Below, piece by piece: positions 1 to 12,900 of a stretch of 64,000 nucleotides of DNA; position 1 is the first letter of the stretch, and every line of letters starts with the position of its first letter. The notes beneath the pieces were generated by a model. The model saw only the letters and a program-made list of their open reading frames with translations. It was not told the origin of the DNA and did not search any database. Made by a program: the position numbers and the translations under genes. Source of the DNA: Euglena gracilis (lineage: Eukaryota); contig CP154954.1 of assembly GCA_039621445.1 (NCBI GenBank), forward strand, positions 13,930,387-13,994,386, given 5' to 3'.

Positions 1-562
1 CCAAATGTGTGTAAGTTCAACAGTGGACCTCCAAATTAAGGGTAATTTTTCCTTTTCGGCGCGAAGCGCCGGATTTTTTTTGCAGTCAAATTTTCCCCCT
101 TGTCTAAGCACCACCCCCCTGGTTCTTACCCATATTTTGGCAAAATAAGCACCACCCCCCCGGTTCTTACCCATCTTTTCCGGTTCTTAGACAAGGGGGG
201 GGGGGAGGTAATGTCTCGAAAAGGTTCATTTTCAAAAAAAAATGGTGTTTTCAAAAAAATTCCCTCCGTTTTTTTTAAAAAATAACACGAGCTCTAGGGG
301 GCATTACATTCGAATTATGCTACTTCTTGTCTGCTTCCGAAATGGAAGGCCGATATCACTGATCATCACTCATTATTTTTTGATTTAAAAACCACCATTT
401 GGCAGTCAAATGATGTTAGAACATAATATTTATGGAAAAGTATTTTCGAGCCCCAATGAATTTTTTTTGTAATGGTGCTGCATGTAAAAATCTGTATTAA
501 AAATCTGTTTTTGTTTCTGAAAATTTGGATATTTGGGTTTCGGGTCGGTGAAGTGATTCAAA

Positions 563-803
563 TAACCCCCCCCCCCTAATAGAAGCACGGGGCCGCTACA
601 AGCGCACGTCCAAATAAAAGCGCACCCCCCCGCCGCCGAAGGCGGCGGTCCGCTATAAGCGCACCCCCCCCCCATTTTGATAGGATTTCTAAAGGAAATC
701 AACAAAAATCACTTAGGTAGGGTCCAAATAGAAGCGCACCCCCCGCCGCCGGAGGCGGCGGTCCCCTATAAGCGCACCCATGCTTCTATTGGGGGGGGGG
801 TTA
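563..803. mobile_element. TA-flanked MITE (AAGCGCACCC family)
   Basis: TA-ACCCCC..AATAGAAGCA / TGCTTCTATT..GGGGT-TA; second copy at 32818-33018. Confidence 0.85.
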
Positions 804-836
804 GAAGTCCAGCAAGTGGAACCCCACCTGTTATCA

Positions 837-977
837 ACACTTGCATTGTCGCTTGCCCCGGCCATAATCATCTGGGTGGTGTTCATGGACCTGATGACGT
901 CCTCCGTGGACCTGCTGCGGGGTACCACGCGGGATTCAATGGACGTCATCGTACAAAATATCCAACAGTTGCTCATG
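837..977 (+). CDS. Adenylyl cyclase exon (TM1)
   Basis: TLALSLAPAIIIWVVFMDLMTSSVDLLRGTTRDSMDVIVQNIQQLLM; the following CAGGTT (980-985) pairs with AACCTG (2228-2233). Ends are +/-2 nt. Confidence 0.75.
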
Positions 978-3900
978 TGCAGGTTGAGGCAGTCAAGAAG
1001 ATCCAACATTCAAATTTGGATACCGGTTTTCCTTGCATCGATTGTGAAAAAGCAACCAAATTGTCACACTGAACCAGCAAAATGGTCGAAATCGCCCAAG
1101 TTGGTAAGAAATGGCAGAGAAATGTGTCAGATTGTAAATAAAATTGTCCATTATTGCATTCTTTGAATCAAAGATGAAAAATGTCTTTGATTTGTTGGCA
1201 GGTAATTCTTACGCCGGACCCCTCCCTACCCCGGTGGGGTGGGTCCAGCCAGCCAGCACTTTTTTTCCTGCTCCCAGCTGATCTGTGGACCCTCCGGGGG
1301 GGGGGGGGATTGAGAATAATTTTTTTGCAGCCTGAATTTTTTTTCGGACCGAAGTGCCGAAACTTTTTGAAAGGTGTCAAAAGTACCAGAAGGGGCCATT
1401 TTGGTACGCTTGTTTTTCCCCCCACCTGAAGAGCTCATTGCCTGAAAAATGCATCCCAGCTGGATTCGGGCTTTTTTGCTTGTTTTCGGGTTCCAGCCAG
1501 GTCCAGCCCGGCAGCCGGGTTCAAACCATCTGGACCCCCCACCCCATAGGGGGGGGGGTCCAGCCAGCACCTTTTTCCAGCTGGACGGCTGGACCTTCCC
1601 CCTGAGAAATTCCCTTGCGAATGTGGGTCCTTGGATTGACTGATTTGTCAATCCAAGTCATGGAGAGGGAGGCAAATGCCCTTGCCTGCTTGTGCCTTGG
1701 ACACCCGTCTCATACATGGACCTGAACTCACACACTTACCCCTGAAATTGTAAACCGGAACAGATATTTACTGTGTTGAATTTTTTGTGTGTTATTTATC
1801 ATTGGCTTTTTCAAAAGTAAAATTCAGATTCTCAAACAGGCCTAAAACCATTGATTTTGATACGTTTTGGTCCAAATGGCCAAAACTACAGAAATTACAA
1901 AAGCAGCTGAAACGTTTTTAAAAATGGAAAACCCTTCTCAAGAATTTCAGTTTTCAACGTCAGGTCCAGCCCTTCCTTTTCCTGTTTTTTTTTTCTGACC
2001 TTTCAGTGAACAAGAACACCACCCTAGCCCACTCTCAGTTTTTTTTTTTTGCATTGAAAGAAAGGTTGACCCATAACGTTGACCTGCCTCTTGCCTCTAT
2101 GCGGATTTGGTTTCTCTGAAGGGAGAGGTGTCAAAACAGCTTGTAAGTATGTAAGTCTGTGAAATCCACAGGGCAACGTCGGGTGAACATATTTTTTTTA
2201 ATTCGGTTGGCCCACCTTTCCAACCTAAACCTGTTTGGTGAGCCAGGCGATCGAACGGTTCGACGCTCGGCTGACGGAGGGCGAGAAGGAGATGACGGAG
2301 GTGGTTCTCATGGTACAGGGCAGTGGGGTGCTGGGCTACGGCTGGGCACCTGCAGCGAACCGAATGCGGGGTTGGGTTCCCCTTGCACCCCAGAGCCAGA
2401 ATTCTTCAGGAGTGTCTTGGAAGCTCTTGCAAACTTTTTGTCCAGAAGATTCTGGAACACTGCTGAGTTTGTAAAAGTTACCCTTTCTGTGAGCAAGACA
2501 TCTGGCGGACACAGAAAAAGAAGGGGCTGTAGCTTTTTGGCGGGGACTGCAGTGTGCTAAAGGAGGTGCAAGGGAGCAGGTGTCCGGCGACGACCTGCGA
2601 CCCTCGCAATTTGATATCCCGCGGTTGGGCCTGCACACTTCTGTCCAACAAAGCTCATGGAACTCCCATTTTTGAAGCGCGAAGGCAAGTTCAAGACAGT
2701 GAGAACTGCGATGAAAATTGATTTACAGGTAAACCCCCAAAATAAGACCCAGGTCTTATCAGGGATTTGTGCTTATCTTAAAACGGATGGTTGCAGATAA
2801 CTAAGGATAACTTTGGATAAAAACATGACCCACTATGGATAACCACCAATCCTTGGTCTTATTTTTGGGTCTATTGCTGGAAAACTCCAGGGGGGTCTTA
2901 TTTTTTGGAGGTGTCTTATCTTTGGATTTTTTCTTGACCGAACCGAGACAGAAGAAATAGCAACATTTTTTTAGGTTCCCAAAAACGCCAAAAATTTTTC
3001 CCTCGGCGCTTCGCGCCATGTGTAAATTGGTATAAGCTGATATTTACCATGACTAAGCATTTCAAAAAGCTGAAAATATTTGAAATTCCGTCATTTTGTG
3101 ACTGGAATTAAGGCTTTTTTTTGGGAAAAAATTACCCTCCCTTCCGCTTTGTGCCGCCAAGGGGGGGGGGTCTTTTGGGTATCTTTTTTTTGGATTTTTG
3201 CCATCTTTGGCCGACTTTTCCCATTTCAGCTGGAAAATACTCTGTGGGGGAGGTCCATTAACAAACGTTAGCCTGACTCTGCACAACTGGATCCAGACAA
3301 CAGTTTCAGATGTGGAACATCTGGACTTGTGTGAGCTTTAGCCGTTTTTAAGCGGTGCTGAGCTCAATAAATCAAATGTGCAGCAATGGTTTAAACCCAG
3401 TAATTTAAAAATAAAAAAAAAATGGGAACGCCATGCCTCTAGGACCCCTCCCAGGAGACCCAATTACAAGAGGGACGGACCCCCGATTCCCAGGTTCCGC
3501 AGGATTTTTGTGAAATTCAGGGGACCGAAACATGTTTGATGTCAGAGTTAGGATTAAGTTTCGGGTTAGGTTTGGAGATAGGGAAGGTTCCGGTTAGGTT
3601 AGTTGCAGGAGTTTCAGGGCACAAATGCGGCCTAAATTTAGGCTAATTTTGGGCTAACTTTAGGCCTGACTGTGCCTGGAATTGTCCCAAAACGGGAAGG
3701 CAAACTCTAACCCCAGTCCTACTGCGAGGAATTACCTCAAGGATTACGCGAAACGGTGGTAAAGTGGTGACACCCGCGTAAATGCCCCATACAAGTGGGA
3801 CCCCACCCCAGGTCATGCCTCTGGGGAGGGGCCCAGAGGCATGGCTGCTCAATATGTACACACATATTTTCATATAACCCCCCCCCCAAATAATACCCCC

Positions 3901-6900
3901 CGGGGTATTATTTTTTTCGCCCGAAGTCCCGGCCCGAGGGGTCATAGCACCCCAAAATTTTGAAAATTTTCGAAGTCCCGTAGGAGCCAAAGTAGCGCCT
4001 TTTGACCCCCTTTGGGCTCATTTTTTGTAAACCCCCTCCCCATTTAGAACGACCCCCCTCTGATAACGAACCCCCATTTATAACGACCCATCCTGGAATT
4101 TCCACCAAAAAAAATATAACGACCCATGGTTGACAAAGAGCAGAAGCACGGGTAAGATGATGCATCTCATGTAAGTGCGTCCAGGCTCACCAGTGTTTAT
4201 TTGAAGTATGAGCGGATCGACCGCTGCTTGGACGGGGGCGTGGTCAGGGTGGGCGGAGGAGCAGAGCCTACGGAGGACCCTTGCACATCCTCATCAAACT
4301 TCTTTACAACGTCATCAACTGGGGTGTGAACCCAGGTGGATGGCATGGTGTATGGCTTGTATGGGTAAATTTCTGACAGACATAGCTGCTATAGGGAAAA
4401 CAGCAAAGACCCCCTCTGATAACGACCCCCCATTTATAACGACCCCCTCTGGATTTTCCACCAACTGAAAAGTCAGATAACGACCTGTCGTTATATTCAG
4501 GGGGGGGGGTTATTTTCTTCTGAAATTTGCCATTTTTTTTTAAGAGGTCAGACGATCCAGAAAAATCGATTTTTTTTTTCGTAATTCGTTGTCAGAGATT
4601 GTATTTTCAGGTCAAAATCCGGGCCTTCGGCCCGAAATCAGGGGGGGGGTTAACCTGGTCGCGAAGTCGGACCCGAGGGGGTATTATTTGGGAGGGGTAT
4701 TATTTTTGGGGGGGGTATTATTTGGGGGGAGGGTTTACATGAATAGATAATTACATATATGCATGTGTACATGTATGTGCACATGAATGTATATGCATAT
4801 GTACATATTTATGTGCATAAAAAGACACACACAACCTACATGTTTATAATAAAAAACACAAAATAAACACATACACACAATGATAATAACAGAATATAAG
4901 AATTAAATAAAAGCTTATAAATAAAAACGCCCCGTGCGCGGGGAGTTATTTTCAAAGTGTTCTTCATTGCTAGCAGAAAGGCGTTTTTTTTCACTTGGGT
5001 CCAGTAAAACGGGTGTAACTTGTGCAGGCGCAACGTTAGAATCAATAAGCGTTTTTTTCGTTTTGGGGACCAATAAAATTCTGCCCCCCCCCCCCCCGGG
5101 GGTGTCCACTAGGATTTCCACCAGCCAAATTTCAACTAGCTGCAGTCGATCCCCCCCCCCCGGGAGGGGGTCTGCAAAAACAGAAGCCTGCTGGGGTTAT
5201 CCAAAGTTCTGGTGTGAACCGATTCCCGCCCTGGGAGCTTTTCTAATATGGTCCCCCCTGCCCCTCCCAAATGTCCATTTTTGAAGTTTTTTGAAACAAT
5301 TTTTTTTAGAACAAAATCAGGCAAAAAAAACCTCAGTACAAACCCCATTTCCACCTTGACGCAGGAGAAAAAGTGTTGCCAGTTGGGGCAGCAGGTAATA
5401 GGTAGTAGGCAGTAGGTTTCAGTAGGTAGGTTGGGAGGGGGGGCAGATTTTGGAAATCATTTTTTGTACTATGCAATTTACTCTCCACATATTTTTATTT
5501 TCTTAACATTCAGAACTCATTTTTTAAAAAAAGGATTTAGGGTTTTTTTCTGTAAGACATCACTACCATCACTACCTCGATGCCCTTCGGGCGGCCAAAC
5601 AAGTCCAGAATTCGTGGGTCAGAGAGGCGAGTTTTTGGAAACATTGGCATTTTCAACCCGTGGGTTCCCCCAAACCCCCTCCCCCCCCCCCTGGAGCAGG
5701 GGCGTCCAGCAAGTTGCTTTTTTTCTAGTGGCTGGTAAGATGGCTAGCTAGTAAAGCCCCCCCCCCCAGGTCTTTAAGCAAAAGTCTCATCCCAAGGGGT
5801 GGGAGGACTGCAGGGGGGGGGGCTCCGCCATGGTAAGGTTTGCGATAAGAGCTCAGCAACCCCGTTCTTTCTCTCTGTGCTTTCTTTAGCTTTCTGTGCT
5901 GAAAGGGCTAGGGGTGCAGGCAGCCCCCTTCACTGGCCAGACCTTCACCATGATGCAAGGCCACCGCTTCTTCTCCCAGGTGTCCGTGATCGGCAGCTAC
6001 CTGGACCCCACAGAGGCCCAGGGGGACGGAGCCTCCATTTGTTTCTCATTTGAACATTGATTTTAACACGTGATGTACAAATTTTCGTTCTCTTGCAAGG
6101 AGTTCATTTCATTCAAGGTCAATCAAAAGGTGAGAGAATGCAGAAGATGCAGTTGTGGATGTGCAGGAGGATGGATGGATTGCCGCACAGATGAACAAAC
6201 TTTATTTTGTATATATTCTCATACCTCTCCGCTCGTGTAATTGACCCAAGTCAAGTGCTCATCTGATTGTGAATCAGCTCACGAAGAAGACATATCTGCA
6301 AAGAAAATATTCCTCGCGACGTATTTGTGATTCTGCAACTTTTTTTCGGGGGGGGGGGGTCCAGTTGGGCCCAACAGAGGTGGGAGTCAACTTTGGGGAG
6401 GGGGTCAAGTTGTGCTCAACAGCCCAGGGGGTCAATAACCGTGGTGGGTGCAATGACAGAGGGTGGGAGGTGCTGATTTCTGGTTGATGGGAATCAAAAT
6501 TGTTGAGATATTTGGCCTGGCGTTACAAACGGTCTGCTGACAAACGCTGCGGATTTCTTTTGCCAACAAGTATTTTTTAATTCATTTTCTGGATCCATTC
6601 TTCTGGCTTCCCCTGCCCCCAGTTTCTTTATCCCCACCTTCTGGGTGACGTGGGTGGCGTTCTATATGGATTTCCTCAACAACAGCTTCGGCACGCGCAC
6701 ACTGTACAGCACCCCATTGGTGATGGCCGTCAATGAGAAGAGTTCGACTTTAGGCTGGGCCCCCTCTGTGATCTTTTTCAATGGCTTGTGCGGTTTGTTT
6801 CTCAGCCAGAAGTTTGACAAAGTTTTGTCACCCATGCCATTTACAATTCTGTCCTTCACTTGGGAGTGGGCTTGGAACTTTATTCCTGCAATCCCCATCC

Positions 6901-9900
6901 AGACAATAGATCCCTGACAATGTGCAGTCCACCAAATGACCGGATACCAGCAAAAGCCTTCGCAGGAGTTTCAATGACCGACCCAAGAAATAAACCCCAC
7001 AACCTCACAAGCTGAATATCTGTTGTTTCCTTTGCAAACATTTTGGACATAAGAAAATGGTTGAAATACCATTTTTTGGATTTTTTTTTCGGAGAATCTT
7101 TTGGTATTGTAAATTTTCTGATTTTCTATGGACTCCCTGCAAAATTTTCTGCCAAAACTTTCCAGGAAACCAAGAAACCAAGAAAAACAGACCCAAGGAA
7201 CGAAACAGAAGCATTTGTCTCCACCATACTTCAGCTGAATGGCCCTGAAGACTGTTCTGGATCTTTTTGGATTGACTTCAGCTGGTGAGGGGACCTACCA
7301 GGCAACATTACGCAGGTGAATCAGATTACTGCAAAGCCGAGGTATTTGATTCAATCACAAGTTGCGCCTGCTGCTTATTTTGACAGGCCCTCCCCTGACC
7401 CAAATGCCACACATGCTGGATTACATGGGGCGGGACCATCCTTTAATTTTACTACCCCCCCCCCGCCATCTGGGAGGTTCTCACCCCCCCCCCCACAGGG
7501 CCATCATGAGAAGTTGTCACCTTGGGTCATGCGGGAAATCCACCACCCAGAAAATTGTTCCCAGAAAATTGTGCTCCAGTTTGTGCTTGCTGACTTGTCA
7601 GGTACTCACTTCCAGAGGTGGAATCCTTTTTTTGTCATTGTCTTCTTTCCCTTGATTGCCTTTGGTTCATTTTCGAAAAAAAAACGAAAATTGGCTGAAA
7701 ATGAAATGAAAAAAAAGGTGGCCGCCAAGAGGGTATCTCAAGTTTTTGCTGCAGAGATATCCTGATTTGTTTGCGTGGATGCAAAATTCACTCCTACCCC
7801 TCATTTTTGCCAAATGTTGATGATGATCTGCTACCGCCTGAGATAATATGTGTTTCTTTTGTGTTTTTCTGTACTGATTTTCTTTTGGCTTACGTAATTT
7901 TTAGAGTTGGAAATGGGGATGAAATGTGGATCTAACTAAAACCTAAGCGCCAGAAAACGAGGAGGAAGAAGAAATGAGAGGTGAAAAAATAATGCCATCA
8001 GGGCTGTTTTGAAATTATTTTCGGATCTAATAAGGTATTGATATTATGGAGGAATTGTTGTCAGTTTGGCTAAATAGAATGCACGTTTTTTGGGGAACAA
8101 TTGTCGCGGAATGCTGTGGATGAATTGCCGCTCAAGAAACGAAACGAAGCCCGCTTTTGTGTTCTTCGGACGGGCAGGGCAAAGTCAGTGTAGGGCCTCG
8201 ACCCAGGCTGGCGAAGTGGGTGGACGGCTGGCTGACCACCATGGCGTGGAACCGGTTCACGGGGCAGGTGGAGCTGGTCCTCCGGCAGAGCACAGGGGCC
8301 CCCAGGTGCCACCCTCCCTCCCGGATGGGTTCCCCTCTCCGACTTCCCCGAAAGTGCATTCGAAGTACGTCCTTTTTTGACACACTTATTTTACATTTAG
8401 ATCCATCAGGTACCCCCCCTGTGTGCGCTGTGGCTGTTTGTTTGGTGCCTTTTATCCCTTCTTTTGGCCTGGCGCTGTTTTTCGCCTCTGGTCTTTTTTT
8501 TTTGTCTCTGTACGTGGAGGTGGTAGGTACACCCCCCAGTCTATTAGGGACCCCCAAAAAATTGCTCTCTCCCCAAATAATAGCCTCCCTCGAATAATGG
8601 CCTCCTGGATTTTTGTGGGTATTCTGAGGGCAGTTCTGTAGGGACACTTTTCAACGCAAAAAAATCTAACCCTCCCCCCCCCCCAAGAACAGTCCCCCCC
8701 CCGGATATTTATAACCTTATTATGTTTTGTGGGGTTTAGATTGCAAAGATTCTTTCTCACATTGTTTCCCCTCGAACCACAAGATCTGAACCAACCCCCT
8801 CCCCCTAAATACCCCTCCCCCTGAAATTGTCATCTCGGGAAACTGTCACCTGAGCCCCGTGCTCGCTGACCTGTCACCATGGGCACCTGTCACCGACCTC
8901 TGTAGTCGCTGATTTGTTGACTTGGGAGTTTATATGTGGGTGGGGGAGTTTAACAAGAAGCTCCGTCCTATTTTTCAAAAAACGTGACGCCAAGATATGC
9001 ATTTCCGTATTTCCAGGTGCAGTCCGAGAAAGATTTTTTGGTTGGAATTGGTTTTTCTGGGTCTCTTCGGGGGCATATGGTTTGGGTCTCTGGGAAGAGG
9101 GGGAGTCAGAGCTTTGGCACCAAAACCTGTAGGTTTTCCTCCTTTGGGTAGAGTCTTGTATCTAACAAGCCACAATGACTGGAGCTGTGTGGTCAGTGGG
9201 GTAGATCCAGCCGTCGAATCACGCAACGTGCTTGATTCGGCCCGATTTTCACATATAGCCTGGTCGATTTGACGGTGTGTCTGGGTGCCAAACCACAATC
9301 CAGTGATGCGAATCCCGTGCGTCAGCACACAATATATCCTTTTTCAACCACAGTGTCGGGGTTCACAAGCCCTCCCTCCCAACCTAAGTGCCTGGAAGGG
9401 GTTTGGGAACTGCTCCAAAGTACAGGTATGATCCCGACGCAAAGCCGTTCCTTCCAACAGAACTAGTTTCCAAAGAGTGTCCCCAAGGCTGTCCCTGGGC
9501 CCAAATCGCGGCACAGAACGGGACGGGGATACAGCTGACCATCAACATTGGGGCCGCGACCATCAGCGATGAGCTGCGGAGCCAACTGAAGGGGTTCCCC
9601 GATGCCCAAGCGCCTCCGGCAGGTCACCTCCTCCTCCTCCTTCTCAATTCAAACCACGTGGTATTCAGGCCTTGGTCAAGAATCTCTTAACCAAAAAAGC
9701 CCAGCCAGCCAGCCAGCCAGCCAGCACCTGTATTCCAGCACGCTTTCCAGCCAGCCGGTTGACCCCCCGGAGCCTTTCAAAACCCGTGCTTAGCTGGCGC
9801 ACAAATACTTCCTGTTGTATGTCTGACCGGGTGTTTTATTAAAGAACACACACCTTTTTTTTTTATCTCGATGCCACACATGTGTAAACTCTTTTAACTT

Positions 9901-12900
9901 TCCGCGCCGTTTTTGCGGGCCTGAATGGTGAGACAACCACCCTGGGAGCCAGCCCAGCTGGGGGTTGCTTGCCAGAGACCGACTGGTGCTCTTTTTCCGC
10001 CAGCCGCATGGCTACATGATAGCGCCCGGCGATGGTTTGCCACCATTGATTTGCATCCACCCAGTCAACAGTTTGAAGATGGCCACCCAATTGCCCACCA
10101 ACAGTTCACGGTGACAAAAACAAAGGGGAATCCATGACATATTAACCACTGATAACGGGGGGGGGTGTGCCAAATCTTCAAGAACTGTCGCTAACCACTG
10201 GGAGGTTGCCGTTCAATTCTGGGTGGTCCTCCTGATAGTGTGTGGGGTTCGGCGGTGAGCCAAGCGTCAGATTAGGCGTTACTGCCACCAAGAGCTGACA
10301 CCCACACCAGTGTGCCCCCCCCCCCTCGAATAGAAGCCCTCTCCCCAAATCTCCCAAAAATAGGCCCTCTGGGCCCTCCCCCCCCCAAAAACCAAATGAC
10401 AGCCCTCCCCCCCACTGGCCCAGCACTTTCGACCAAACACTGCCCAAAATTGAGAGGAAATCTGCAAAATAGGTATATTCCAGAAAAAAAATTGATATCT
10501 GTCATCCTTGGACCATCCGCCATCCACCCATAGCATCAAAAGTCACGTTTTCGACCTTTTTTTTTTACTTTCAGACGCCGTTCGATCCCCGGACCACCCT
10601 CAGCTGCCTTTTGGCCGAAGTCAAACAAAGGTACCCAAATAGAAGCCGTCCCCCATTGTGACCGAATATTAGCCCCAGGGGATTCTAATGGGGGGGCCGT
10701 TCATACTGCCGCCATGTGGGGAGGTGTGTGCAGCAACAAACAGTACCCGATCCCCCCCCTTGTCCACCGACCACCCCTGAGTACCGACCACCCCCTTGTC
10801 GGGAGTTGCAGGGGGTGCATACGACCCCCCCCCCGGTTGAAGGTTGTGGGTAACCTGGGAAAACAGGAGTTTTTTTGGCACCCGCACACAAACACACACA
10901 CACACACACACATATGCAGAACACAGCGTTAGCATATTCCTAAACTTGCTGTAATTAAATGAATGCGACAGATACCCCTTCAACAGAGTGCCGGCATTCA
11001 ATGCTGCGGGGGCTGTACCCGTAGCAACAGCTTGGGTCGGGGGTATGGTACAGACGGGGGTGGGGCTGGCACAAATGACTGAGAACTGAGGAATGGCCCA
11101 AGTCGCCCAACCCCTCACCCGACCCCCCACCCCCCACATCAGGGGTTGCAAGTCAGATGATGCTTATGAGCCCCCTGGTCGGGGGTTGTTGGAACTCGGT
11201 CGGTGGGCACGGGGGGGGGGGGTTCCACAAAGCCAAAATGTTTTGGGCGCAGTGGGTTGGGGTGGTTGACCTTCCGAAGGCCATTGCTGCAGTGGGGTGG
11301 AGCAACTTCTGCAGAATTTTTTTGTTTGATTGTTTCCATGTGCCAAGAAAGAAGGGCGATATCACCACAACAGGTTTCCTTTGGTAGGCAGATGTTTGCA
11401 ATTGCAGCAGCAGTTGCAGTTTCTATTGGCTGGAAAGGTGTCCAGCGTTGCGGCCTCTTTTGCCTCATTTGGCCGGGCGGGGTTTGACCCCCTGAGACAC
11501 CGCCGCTCCCAGCCTCCCACGGGAAGTATTTCAGCCATAGCGACGTGGACGCGCGCTACATCAACCCGCTGCTGCACCCCCCGAACATCTCCGCCTACAG
11601 CCTGTGGACTTGCCTGCAGAGCAAGGCTTCACTTAAAACCTGTGTGAAAACCTGTGTGACCACGGCCCCAGGGGGGGAGGTCGGTTTTCGAGGGTTGGTG
11701 GGTGGGTTGGGGCCTTGGGACCCCCCCCCCCAGGGGTGGGATACACCTGGGTCAGGTTATTCCCCTGCTGAAGGCTGGACCGGATATTTTTTTTCAGCGG
11801 TTTCGATTTTGGCTGGATTTTGGGTGGGTGGTTGGTTGACCCCCGGGGGCGGGGGAGTCGTGGGTGGGTTTTCAAAAAAAATGGGTGGGTGGGTTTGGGC
11901 CCGGGGAAAAGCCCCCCCCCCCCCTCTGGGGTCACTAAGTGATTCCATGCTGTAGAGCAACGACGCCCTCATCGCCTTCGCCTGCCAGCAGCTGTACGGC
12001 AAGTACCAGGCAGGGGAAGGGCTCGCATCCTTATTTCAAAAGCACCCAAGCGCAGGGTCCATCCACCCCTGCAACAAAAGGAACAACTTCACCACACATG
12101 GCGTGCTAAGAATCCGGCCACACACTTTCACCGAATCTTCAACAAGAACTTCTTTTACCCGTCAAGAAGGGGTGAGGTGGCTGAGGTGGGCATCTGGCTG
12201 GGAAGAGTTTGCAGCTGGACAATGGCTTAGCCTTGGGCTCAGATCCAGCATATCTGGTCTCCACTCAGGGATTTTTTTTTAGTCTTGGACCCGGGGGGGG
12301 GAGTAGGGTGGGTGGATCCGGCCGAGATTTTTGGCATATTCCGCGAGTTTTCGACCATTTTTGAGGAAAATTGAGTGGGTCCCCCGGGATCCCCGCCCGG
12401 TCTGAAGAAATCCCCTGTCTCCACTGTGTTGATTGAACCGCCTTTGGGTCTTGGGTTAAAAGCCCTGCGAAACGAAAAACCATTTACTTTCCTAACAAAT
12501 ATACCGCCCACCCTCGGGAAACTATCATGTTGAGAAATTATCAAGGTCTGCGGTACCGGCTGACAGTGGCCTGGAGGTTGGGGGGTGCTTGAATGGAAAG
12601 AAAGGCACTTCCTCTGCTGCCAATCATGGACAGCCATCCCCGAGATGAACCAGGAGCTGGTGCTGGCGGGCCAGCGGTACTGGGTGGCCACCGGCTACAG
12701 CTCCGGCGATCGGGCCGGTGATGGCCGGATGACTGGCTGGACGGCCTAGCGGAACCAGCGGTGGCGGGGCAGAGAGGGGTCGCAACGGAAGTGCTGCCCT
12801 CCAGGGCAGCTCACCGACGTATGGACGTGTGTACGTGCAACAAATGTGCAAAAAAAAAAGGACGATCGTTGCTGGCTGGGCCGACTCAGTCTGTTTCTTT

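Noticed and set aside
3546-3602. Telomere-like TTAGG repeats (also about 29617 and 29817-29830)
   Set aside because: Few and degenerate units, internal, and apparently part of a dispersed repeat.
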